DNA of 24,905 nucleotides, taken from assembly GCA_964487115.1 (NCBI GenBank), contig CAZAPD010000077.1:1-24905 (forward strand), written 5' to 3'. Positions 17,204 to 24,905 of the stretch are shown piece by piece. The notes below the pieces were generated by a model, which had not been told where the DNA came from, searched no databases, and saw only the letters and a list, made by a program, of their open reading frames with translations. Numbering within the stretch: position 1 is the first letter of the stretch; each line of letters starts with the position of its first letter. Position numbers and translations under genes: made by a program. The stretch is from an uncultured Thermococci archaeon (GTDB lineage Archaea; Methanobacteriota_B; Thermococci; Thermococcales; Thermococcaceae).

Positions 17204-17767
17204 CTACCATCTTAAGGGAGTCAATTCGGGTATCACACTCAGAAATAGCATCACTCCTCCGAAGTATAGGAAGTCACTCAGGATGTAAAGGGATATCATG
17301 TATGTTCCGGCAGCAAGGAACCCGAATATAGCCGATAGATAAAATATTTCCTTGTATTGCCAGTAAAAGGCCCCAACATTATGCCCTGTACGCATTGATG
17401 CTGTCCCGAGAGTTATAAGGACTCCCACATGGAAATATTTGATATCTCTCTTCAATAGCACAACTGCGATTGTGATCCCAGTTAGTATAACAAAGTAATA
17501 CCATCTAAAGGCACTCTTTGTATTTGCGGTTATGAACTTCTCAACCATTAAAAGGAGAATTATTGCTGCTAAAAACTCAAAGAATTCCATTGGAAAACCC
17601 GAAAAAAACTCTATGAGTGATGCTGTAATGAATAAGCTCCCGATAATGAGAGAAAATGGAAGTTTGTACATAACTCGAAATCTCCTTGAAAAGAACCCAA
17701 TGATCATGACAATGCCAAGTATAATCTCTGTAATTTCTCTAATTATTATGCACTCCAACCAAGCCAC
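17204..17767 (-). CDS. Polytopic membrane protein (about 7 TM)
   Basis: Highly hydrophobic 187 aa; overlaps the upstream gene in the KaiC operon. Confidence 0.7.
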   Translation of the reverse strand: MAWLECIIIREITEIILGIVMIIGFFSRRFRVMYKLPFSLIIGSLFITASLIEFFSGFPMEFFEFLAAIILLLMVEKFITANTKSAFRWYYFVILTGITIAVVLLKRDIKYFHVGVLITLGTASMRTGHNVGAFYWQYKEIFYLSAIFGFLAAGTYMISLYILSDFLYFGGVMLFLSVIPELTPLRW

Positions 17768-18381
17768 CCTCTGAGATTGATCAGTGTAGTTATTGCCCCG
17801 AATAGCCAGAGTAGGAGAGATGTGTAATACACTAGTAGAAGCACGTATGCATAGCAGGTTGGGAGACTATGACAAAAGTTGCCGATCCAGCTATATAGGG
17901 CCATGAGCCATGAGGCAATATTAAGTGTGAAATATGTGTGGGCGCTTCTCATCCCTATAAGCATGAGAGTTTCCATCATAATTAGAAGGGAAAGCAAAAC
18001 AAAGGCTCTGAGCACGCTCATAAAGATTATCCCACTACTCAAATATGTAACTATAGGGGAAGTGAGGATTAGTGTTCCCTGAAAGAGTAGAAATTTGGGG
18101 AATTTTGTCGGAAGCTTTTTGAAAAACGAAGAACCCATGGCCACGAGTCCTGTTGTTATGAGTATTATGGAAATGCTCTTGTCGTCAGGCAATTTCAGAT
18201 TTATGACTGAGAAGCCAAGGGCTATGAGTATGGCTCCTGCAAGCTGGAGTATCAGTATACGCTTCCATTTTTTTGAAAAACCCGAAAGCATGAAAAATAC
18301 CAGCCCTGTAGATACTATCGCACTCATTGCTACAGTTCCAATCAAAGCCCTGACTAAGAAGTACTCATTCAAGGGGCTCAC
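17746..18381 (-). CDS. Polytopic membrane protein (about 7 TM)
   Basis: Highly hydrophobic 211 aa; overlaps both neighbours. Confidence 0.7.
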   Translation of the reverse strand: MSPLNEYFLVRALIGTVAMSAIVSTGLVFFMLSGFSKKWKRILILQLAGAILIALGFSVINLKLPDDKSISIILITTGLVAMGSSFFKKLPTKFPKFLLFQGTLILTSPIVTYLSSGIIFMSVLRAFVLLSLLIMMETLMLIGMRSAHTYFTLNIASWLMALYSWIGNFCHSLPTCYAYVLLLVYYTSLLLWLFGAITTLINLRGWLGWSA

Positions 18382-18976
18382 CTATAATCACTTTACCTTT
18401 GCTTATGTCAAACTTATAAAATCCAGTCCCGCCTATTGGAGATTTCTTAATTCTTAGCCCTCTTATTACCTTGAATCCCTCAAGGACTTCGAGAATATCG
18501 ATTATATGTGAAGCGTAGTTTTCAAACATCGCGAGAGTTCTATCATCAACGAGTCTTTTGTCGATCATGATGATCATTACTCCTTTTGTTTCTCTGGTAA
18601 TATCCACCATCTCTGCAAACAGTTTAAAGACGACCTCTGGAGGATGAAAGACAAGAAGAGGATGTAAAATGAAAAATGCTACACATGAACCTCTAAGTAA
18701 CTTCCGAAATGTGAATGAAATCTGATATAACTCCTGCTGATGTATGTCCCTGCCGAGCACGATTAGTTTTATACCTTCAGATCCAAACTTCTTCTCAAAC
18801 TCCTCACTAAGCTTGGGGGTGACGAATGCAACAGCATTTTCCCGGTTAGTGAACAACGTACTTATTGCTATCTCTTCACCCAGTGTACCTACGGTTTCTA
18901 TGAGGATTGTGCTTCCAGGTTCAACTTCTCCGAGAAGAATGTCAAGCTTTCCTATCCCCGTCTGCATCCACATCAC
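18365..18976 (-). CDS. Inactivated KaiC/RAD55-like protein
   Basis: QTGIGKLDILLG..PGSTILI start and GLRIKKS end as in KaiC-like ATPases, but Walker A is degenerate (ETVGTLGE). Confidence 0.75.
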   Translation of the reverse strand: MMWMQTGIGKLDILLGEVEPGSTILIETVGTLGEEIAISTLFTNRENAVAFVTPKLSEEFEKKFGSEGIKLIVLGRDIHQQELYQISFTFRKLLRGSCVAFFILHPLLVFHPPEVVFKLFAEMVDITRETKGVMIIMIDKRLVDDRTLAMFENYASHIIDILEVLEGFKVIRGLRIKKSPIGGTGFYKFDISKGKVIIGEPLE

Positions 18977-19674
18977 TCAACGAAGAGATTTTCTGTATGA
19001 TATACCTCAATGCCTTTATCTGTTATTCTATATGGTCTGATCTGCTCATCAAAGGGACTTCCTCTGAACTTTTTCACCAGAATGCCCCTAAGTAGCTTTC
19101 CTCCGGCTTCAATGGTTCTCAGCTCTATGACACCGCTCGTTAGATACTCTTCAATGTCACTCGTACGCAGGTCAGAGGTTATAACAACGGTCGCACCGAG
19201 CTTTGCGAGTGATTTCAGAAATCCTATAAACGTTTTCCTGTATTCGAGCTCGTTTTTAACTGTAAGCTTAAGCATTGTCAGAGGGTCAATGGCAACTCTT
19301 TGATATTCCTCAAGTTCTACTTTCTCCTGAATAGCATTTGCTAATCTTTCAAAGCTCTCTCCAAACTCCTCGTAAAAAGCTCCAGCGAAGAGATGTTTCT
19401 TTTCGGTTACGGGGGTTGCATCAATACCACTGAACTTAGGGTTATTGAGATCAAAACCCAGCTTCGCCATATCCTCCTTGAGGGTTTCAAGAGGTTCCTC
19501 AAGGGTCACATAAAGGGCGGTTTCTCCGTTTTTCACACCCTCCATAAGAAACTGTATGGCAAACGTCGTCTTTCCCGCTCCGGGTCCTCCTTTTACCAGA
19601 TATGTCCTTCCGGGAATCAAACCCCCACCGAGCATCTCATCCAAACCTTTAATTCCGGTGGGTATCTTCTCCAT
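18973..19674 (-). CDS. KaiC/RAD55 family ATPase
   Basis: IPTGIKGLDEMLGGG, Walker A GGPGAGKTT, YVTLEE, Walker B VAIDP, KFRGS. Likely start at ATG 19674. Confidence 0.92.
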   Translation of the reverse strand: MEKIPTGIKGLDEMLGGGLIPGRTYLVKGGPGAGKTTFAIQFLMEGVKNGETALYVTLEEPLETLKEDMAKLGFDLNNPKFSGIDATPVTEKKHLFAGAFYEEFGESFERLANAIQEKVELEEYQRVAIDPLTMLKLTVKNELEYRKTFIGFLKSLAKLGATVVITSDLRTSDIEEYLTSGVIELRTIEAGGKLLRGILVKKFRGSPFDEQIRPYRITDKGIEVYHTENLFVE

Positions 19675-19811
19675 AATATCAATCACCTTGGTAAATATTC
19701 ATGCACTTCATCTATATAATAGTTTGCAAGAGCTCTGCATTTGTTTTTTAACATGTTTTGTATGAATGTGTCCGAACATTGGTGATTATCAAAAAATATT
19801 ATGATATGACC

Positions 19812-20597
19812 CTATTTCCCTACTTCAAGCGACAGAATCTTTGACTTCTTCGTTGCTGCATCCACAGCCTTCATTATCGCCGTTCTGAGTTTACCCTCCT
19901 CAAGTTCGAATATACCGTCTATTGTGGTTCCTCCTGGAGTTATAACCATATCCCTTATCTGAGCTGGATGGAGATTGGTTTCAAGCAAAAGCTTTGCCGT
20001 GCCTAAAAGTGTTTGAGCAGCAGCTAAAAGTGCTGTGTCCCGCGGGAGGCCTACTTTTAATCCACCGTATATAAGCGACTCAAGAAACACAGATGCATAG
20101 GCCGGTCCGGAGCCGCTCAATCCAGTTATGGCATCCATATATTCCTCTTCGATCCTTATACATCTTCCGAAGGCATTGAATATTTTTTCAACAAGCTTGA
20201 TTTCTTTTTTACTCAAATCATCAGCTGTGTATGCGGTAAAAGACTCCTTCACGAGAATTGCTATGTTCGGCATTGCTCTCACAAGTTTTGCGTCTACCAG
20301 CTTCTTGAGAAAATCCAGCGAGAGACCTGCGGCAAATGAAATGAGAATTTTTCCTTCAACGGCGGGTTTTATCTCTTCAAGGATTTTCCCGACCTTATTT
20401 GGTTTTACCGTGAGGATGATCACATCTGCTTTTTCAGCAGCAGCTTTATTATCATTTGAAACCTCCACTCCATAATTTTCAAGCCATTTCACTTTTTCAG
20501 CTTTCCTCCTTGTAGCTGTCACGGTGTAGCCCTCTTCAGCCAAAGCTTTTGCAACGGCACTTCCTATGGTACCAGCGCCTATTACTGCTATCTTCAT
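19812..20597 (-). CDS. proC: Pyrroline-5-carboxylate reductase
   Basis: GAGTIG, VKP, RAMPN, TGLSGSGPAY, TPGGTT. Confidence 0.95.
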   Translation of the reverse strand: MKIAVIGAGTIGSAVAKALAEEGYTVTATRRKAEKVKWLENYGVEVSNDNKAAAEKADVIILTVKPNKVGKILEEIKPAVEGKILISFAAGLSLDFLKKLVDAKLVRAMPNIAILVKESFTAYTADDLSKKEIKLVEKIFNAFGRCIRIEEEYMDAITGLSGSGPAYASVFLESLIYGGLKVGLPRDTALLAAAQTLLGTAKLLLETNLHPAQIRDMVITPGGTTIDGIFELEEGKLRTAIMKAVDAATKKSKILSLEVGK

Positions 20598-20752
20598 TTT
20601 AAACCCCCTATCACTTCATTGAATCCGTTTTACTCAGGGGATATGATTTGTGAAAAGATTTTTTGCCATCTCTTTGTCAATAGTACAAAATTGGAAATAA
20701 TATTTTTGTGAAATGGATGATATGTCTGCTTCTTGCTGATTATATTGATTTT

Positions 20753-20770
20753 TGACAAATACATTTGTCA
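20753..20770. promoter_or_regulatory. Perfect inverted repeat, possible operator
   Basis: TGACAAAT-ac-ATTTGTCA in the divergent proC / aro-operon intergenic region. Confidence 0.4.
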
Positions 20771-20808
20771 GAAATTCAAGTTAACAATCAAGGCAGGTCT
20801 CCCTGTCC

Positions 20809-20822
20809 AAAAGCTTAAATAT
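20809..20822 (+). promoter_or_regulatory. Putative BRE/TATA promoter of the wHTH-tkt-aro operon
   Basis: AAAAGCTTAAATAT about 30 nt upstream of GGTGATGGTG-ATG at 20854. Confidence 0.6.
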
Positions 20823-20853
20823 ATCCTTTGTACTTCAAAGCTTGGTGATGGTG

Positions 20854-21173
20854 ATGCCCCGCCAATATTCGTAGCCTCAATTCCAAAGATTAAAGAAGAT
20901 GAGTTAGCTGTTTTTAAAAAGCTCTTTTTAAGGGCTTTGAACGAAAATCAGATGCTAATTCTAAGGAACATAAATGGAAAGCACCGATCCTTAAATGCTC
21001 TTTTGGAGGAAATAAGCAGAGACACCAAGAAGCCAATTTCGACATTAAAACTCAATGCCAAGATTCTGAAGGAGCTCGGTTTAATTGACTACGGTGAAAA
21101 GCACAATCCAAAGCCTGTTGAATTGACAAAACATGGACAGCTCATTCTAAAAATTCTTGAGGTGGTAGAATGA
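20854..21173 (+). pseudogene. Winged-helix DNA-binding protein, apparently frameshifted near its start
   Basis: wHTH-like body SLNALLEEIS...ISTLKLNAKILKELGLI...VELTKHG. The RBS-linked ATG at 20854 reads MPRQYS*; adding one A at 20864-20866 gives MPRQIFVASIPK in frame. Confidence 0.6.
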
Positions 21174-21835
21174 GTGAAAGCTTAGTTGCCCTAAGCCTAA
21201 GTGACAAGCTCAAAGAAATGCTTTCAGAAGTGAACAACTTTCACCTTAACTCCTCTATAACGTGCATTGAGATTTTAAAGGCAGTGATAGCAAAGAAGAG
21301 AGAAAATGACGTAATAATCTTAAGCAAAGGGCACTCAGCACCAGCATTTTACGTAATCCTTTCAGGGCTTGGGCTTTTAAGTGAAAATGATCTGAAAAGC
21401 TTTGCCGATTTAGATGGGTTGCCAAGTCACGTTATCAGAGGTTTGCCCTTCATTGAGGTCTCAAGCGGTTCATTAGGGCAGGGATTATCGGTTGCCAACG
21501 GAATAGCACTAGCCTCAAAGCTTGAAGGAGAAGAAAAGAGCGTTTACGTAATTTTAGGGGATGGAGAATTGGATGAGGGCCAAATTTGGGAAGCAGCAAT
21601 GACTTCTTCGCATTACAGGCTTGACAATGTCATAGCTATTGTTGATAGGAACTTCAAGCAGTTAACAGGGAAAACAGAGGAGATCATGTCAAAAGAACCC
21701 TTAGCAGAGAAGTGGAAATCCTTTGGCTGGGAAGTGTTTGAGATTGAAAACAAAGCCGAGAAAATCCTTGAGTTGCTCTTTGAGCTCGACAAAGTAAAGG
21801 GAAAGCCGAAAGTGATAATAGCAAAGTGGGAGTGA
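21170..21835 (+). CDS. Transketolase, N-terminal (TPP-binding) subunit
   Basis: LSKGHSAP, SSGSLGQGLS, TPP motif GDGELDEGQIWEA...DRN. Confidence 0.93.
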   Translation: MSESLVALSLSDKLKEMLSEVNNFHLNSSITCIEILKAVIAKKRENDVIILSKGHSAPAFYVILSGLGLLSENDLKSFADLDGLPSHVIRGLPFIEVSSGSLGQGLSVANGIALASKLEGEEKSVYVILGDGELDEGQIWEAAMTSSHYRLDNVIAIVDRNFKQLTGKTEEIMSKEPLAEKWKSFGWEVFEIENKAEKILELLFELDKVKGKPKVIIAKWE

Positions 21836-21842
21836 AAAATCG

Positions 21843-22766
21843 ATGTCTATCGAAAGCTTTAGGGAAGCCTTTGGAAGAGCTTTGGTGGAGATAGGAAAGG
21901 AGAACAAGAATGTTGTAGTCCTCGATGCAGATGTAAAGGCTTCAACGAAAACGATTTACTTTGAAAAAGCTTTCTCTGATAGATTCTTCCAAATCGGCAT
22001 AAGCGAGCAGGATTTAATTTCAACGGCCGCAGGCTTTGCGATAGCAGGCAAAATTCCAATAGCTTCTGCTTTTGCAGCTTTTATGATGAGGGCTTGGGAG
22101 CAGATAAGAAATACAGTGGCGAGGGATAACTTAAACGTCAAAATTGTTACAACCCATGCAGGGTTTTCTGATTTCATGGATGGCTCATCGCATCAATGCT
22201 TAGAGGACATAGCTTTGATGAGGGTTTTGCCAAATATGAAAGTCCTTGTGCCAGCAGACGCTTATGCAACCAAAGTTCTCCTTAAGCAGATAGTTGAAAG
22301 CGAAGGGCCCTTTTACATGCGTCTGGGGAGAGATTACACGATAAAGGTTTACGATGGAGAAGAGCTCGAAATTGGGAAAGCAGAAATCTTGAGGGAAGGA
22401 GAGGATGTTTTTTTGATTGCCTGTGGATTCATGGTTTCAGTGGCTTTAGAAGTCGCTGAAAAGCTTAAAGACCTGAACGTTGGAGTGGCGGATTTTCACA
22501 CGATAAAGCCCCTTGATGAAGAGACCTTGCTCAAAATAGCTAAAAAAGCCAACTTAATAGTCACCTTAGAAGAGCATAGCATTTTTGGAGGACTTGGAGG
22601 AGCTGTAGCAGAAGTTTTGAGCGAAAAGATGCCAAAGAGGGTCATTAGAATTGGAACAACAGAGTTCGGCAAAAGCTCGAGGGATTACTTAGCGTTATTG
22701 GATTTCTACGGCTTAAGTGTGGAAAAAACTGCAAAGAGAATAGCTGAGGCTGTTGAGAGCTTGTAA
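21843..22766 (+). CDS. Transketolase, C-terminal subunit
   Basis: LDADVKAST, GISEQ, RAWEQIR, DGSSHQ, GPFYMRL, IKPLD, EEHSIFGGLG. Confidence 0.93.
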   Translation: MSIESFREAFGRALVEIGKENKNVVVLDADVKASTKTIYFEKAFSDRFFQIGISEQDLISTAAGFAIAGKIPIASAFAAFMMRAWEQIRNTVARDNLNVKIVTTHAGFSDFMDGSSHQCLEDIALMRVLPNMKVLVPADAYATKVLLKQIVESEGPFYMRLGRDYTIKVYDGEELEIGKAEILREGEDVFLIACGFMVSVALEVAEKLKDLNVGVADFHTIKPLDEETLLKIAKKANLIVTLEEHSIFGGLGGAVAEVLSEKMPKRVIRIGTTEFGKSSRDYLALLDFYGLSVEKTAKRIAEAVESL

Positions 22767-22785
22767 AATGACGGGAGGTGATTTT

Positions 22786-23571
22786 ATGTTTAAATTCAGC
22801 AAAGAATACAAAGCTAAGACCATTGTCAAAGTTAATGGTGTTAAATTTGGAAAGGAATTTACAATAATTGCCGGACCGTGTTCCGTTGAATCAGAAGAGC
22901 AGATAATGAAAACCGCAGAATTTTTGAGCGAGCTTGGAGTTAAAGTCCTAAGAGGGGGGACGTTTAAGCCCAGGACTTCCCCCTACTCCTTCCAAGGGCA
23001 TGGGGAAAAAGCTTTGAAGTGGCTCAAAAAAGCTGGAGAAGAGTTTGGCTTAGTTACGGTCAGCGAAGTTATGGATACAAGAAAAGTTGAACTCGTGTCT
23101 AAATACGTTGATATTCTGCAAATCGGGACAAGAAATGCCCAAAACTTTGACCTTCTGAAAGAGGTCGGCAGAATAGATAAGCCGGTCATTTTAAAGAGAG
23201 GCTTTGCCAATACGATTCAAGAGTGGCTCTATTCGGCAGAATACATCTTAGCTGAGGGAAATGAAAACGTTATTCTCTGCGAGAGGGGCATTAGAACGTT
23301 TGAAACATCAACACGCTTTACCCTTGACATCTCAGCGGTTCCAGTGGTTAAAGAGCTGTCTCATCTTCCAATAATAGTTGACCCCTCCCACGCCGCTGGA
23401 AAGAGGAGCTTAGTTAAACCCCTAGCCAAAGCAGCGTTTGCCGTCGGAGCGGACGGAATTATGGTTGAAGTTCATCCAGAGCCGGAAAAGGCACTATCAG
23501 ATTCAAAGCAGCAGCTGAACTTCGATGAGTTCAAAGAACTCTTGGAGGACTTGAGAAAATGGGGATTATAA
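22786..23571 (+). CDS. aroF: DAHP synthase, type I-beta (no regulatory domain)
   Basis: [45 protein letters not shown]...SD. Start ATG at 22786 after GGAGGTGAT. Confidence 0.95.
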   Translation: MFKFSKEYKAKTIVKVNGVKFGKEFTIIAGPCSVESEEQIMKTAEFLSELGVKVLRGGTFKPRTSPYSFQGHGEKALKWLKKAGEEFGLVTVSEVMDTRKVELVSKYVDILQIGTRNAQNFDLLKEVGRIDKPVILKRGFANTIQEWLYSAEYILAEGNENVILCERGIRTFETSTRFTLDISAVPVVKELSHLPIIVDPSHAAGKRSLVKPLAKAAFAVGADGIMVEVHPEPEKALSDSKQQLNFDEFKELLEDLRKWGL

Positions 23572-24557
23572 TCGAGAAAGGCAGCATTAAAAAGCTAAAA
23601 AGCATTGTTGATGAGATTTCTCCTTACAAAACAGTCATAATAACCAACACAACCCTCGAAAAGCTCTGGTTAGATAAAATTCTGGATCAAATAAACGCTA
23701 TTTCAATTGTTATTCCCGACGGAGAGGAGTTCAAAAGCCTTGAGACGGCTCAGCAGATATGGAAAAAGCTAATTGAGATCGGCTTCACAAGGAAATCCTT
23801 GATAATTGGGCTTGGCGGTGGGGTCATAACGGATTTAGCTGCTTTTGTTGCCTCCACTTTTATGAGGGGAACCTATTTGGGCTTAATTCCAACGACGCTT
23901 TTAGCTCAAGTTGATGCCGCTATAGGGGGGAAGACAGGGGTAAATTTTGAAGGTAAGAATATTATTGGAACTTTTTACTTGCCCAACTTTGTTCTAATTG
24001 ATCCAGAAACCCTAAAAACACTCCCCGGGGTTGAAATATTGAATGGCTTTGGTGAGGTCGTTAAGTATGGGATTCTTGATTCGAGAGTTTACAAGAAGCT
24101 CAAATCTTTCAAAGAAATCGATGAAGAGCTAATTAGAGAATGCGTAAACGTAAAGCTCAGAATCGTTGAAGAGGACTTAAGGGAAAGCGAGAAGAGGAGG
24201 ATTTTGAACCTGGGCCACACCGTTGGGCATGCAATAGAGAAAGTTTCAAATTACAGGGTAAAGCACGGTTTTGCCGTCGCTATCGGTTTGATGGCAAGCG
24301 CACTAATAGCGGAAAAGGTCAACGGCTTCGATTCTGGAAAAGTCGAGGAGTTATTAGATAGGTTCGGCCTCCCAAAGAGGCACAACTTTGAACCAAAAGA
24401 GCTTTTGAAAGTCATGAAAATAGATAAAAAAGCTTGGTACGGGAGATTAGTTTTCATACTTCCGGAGGACATTGGGAAAGTTGTCATAAAGGAAGTTGAC
24501 GAAAAAGTAGTTTTAGCTGTTCTCGAGGCGATGAGGGATGATAGCAGGGACAATTAA
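23559..24557 (+). CDS. aroB: 3-dehydroquinate synthase
   Basis: GEEFKS, GGGVITD, PTTLLAQVDAAIGGKTGVN, KNIIGTF, LNLGHTVGHAIE, DKK. Confidence 0.96.
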   Translation: MGIIIEKGSIKKLKSIVDEISPYKTVIITNTTLEKLWLDKILDQINAISIVIPDGEEFKSLETAQQIWKKLIEIGFTRKSLIIGLGGGVITDLAAFVASTFMRGTYLGLIPTTLLAQVDAAIGGKTGVNFEGKNIIGTFYLPNFVLIDPETLKTLPGVEILNGFGEVVKYGILDSRVYKKLKSFKEIDEELIRECVNVKLRIVEEDLRESEKRRILNLGHTVGHAIEKVSNYRVKHGFAVAIGLMASALIAEKVNGFDSGKVEELLDRFGLPKRHNFEPKELLKVMKIDKKAWYGRLVFILPEDIGKVVIKEVDEKVVLAVLEAMRDDSRDN

Positions 24558-24905
24558 AGCAAAAAGCATTGATGAGGCTATAAAAATAATTGAAAATGGT
24601 AAAGCTGATCTCTATGAGCTCAGAGTTGATGCCATGGAAAGCTTTGAGGGAATTGAGAAATTGAAGAGCTTTGGGAATAAGCTGATAATCACGGTGCGTT
24701 CTAAGGAAGATGGGGGATTTAGAGAGATTAGCGATGAAGAGAGACTGAAACTCTTCGAAGAGTTCATGAGGGTTAAGCCAGCGTTCGTTGATGTTGAGTT
24801 CAAATCAAAGATTGCAAAGAATGTCATTGAGCTGGCGAGGGAGGAGGGAGTTGGGGTTATCATTTCATATCACGACTTTGAGAAAACGCCGAGCTTTGAA
24901 GAACT
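24538..24905 (+). CDS. aroD: Type I 3-dehydroquinate dehydratase (partial, runs off the window)
   Basis: Manual translation MIAGTIKAK...ADLYELRVD...IITVRSKEDGG...FVDVEF...IISYHDFEKTP; follows aroB. Confidence 0.92.
   Translation, partial: MIAGTIKAKSIDEAIKIIENGKADLYELRVDAMESFEGIEKLKSFGNKLIITVRSKEDGGFREISDEERLKLFEEFMRVKPAFVDVEFKSKIAKNVIELAREEGVGVIISYHDFEKTPSFEE

Noticed and set aside
11208..24863. Antisense or alternative-frame ORFs over housekeeping genes (e.g. 11208..11594, 14816..15307, 24612..24863)
   Set aside because: They overlap confidently identified genes; 24612..24863 is antisense to aroD.
1..24905. tRNA, rRNA, IS elements, inteins
   Set aside because: No cloverleaf, rRNA-like tract, transposase or intein motif was recognised by eye; a covariance-model search was not possible.

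Overview
Archaeal window, most likely Thermococcales (GGTGA/GGAGG ribosome-binding sites, BRE-TATA promoters, GltPh-type transporter, Trm11, KaiC/DUF257-like genes, split transketolase with an aro operon). The right part (11.0-24.9 kb) is mostly housekeeping: biotin ligase, Glt transporter, a secreted membrane-anchored protein, AlaX, a DUF257-like gene, trm11, a KaiC-like ATPase cluster with two membrane proteins, proC, and an operon of wHTH-tktN-tktC-aroF-aroB-aroD. The left 10.9 kb is a single-strand (minus) accessory locus. A ~1125-aa secreted Ig/CARDB-like 'head' protein is followed by at least four orphan alternative C-terminal tips plus two tip remnants. Each tip is followed by small polytopic membrane genes, and the tips are linked by nested direct-repeat junctions (EDEKSG-like, EEHWSEVRVEV[KR]P, LKQVGFECDDLYFDFK). 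Tip family and downstream membrane-protein family co-vary. This is the architecture of a polymorphic toxin/immunity or self-nonself recognition cassette array with membrane-active tips. The array continues past the left edge of the window. Function is inferred from architecture only.
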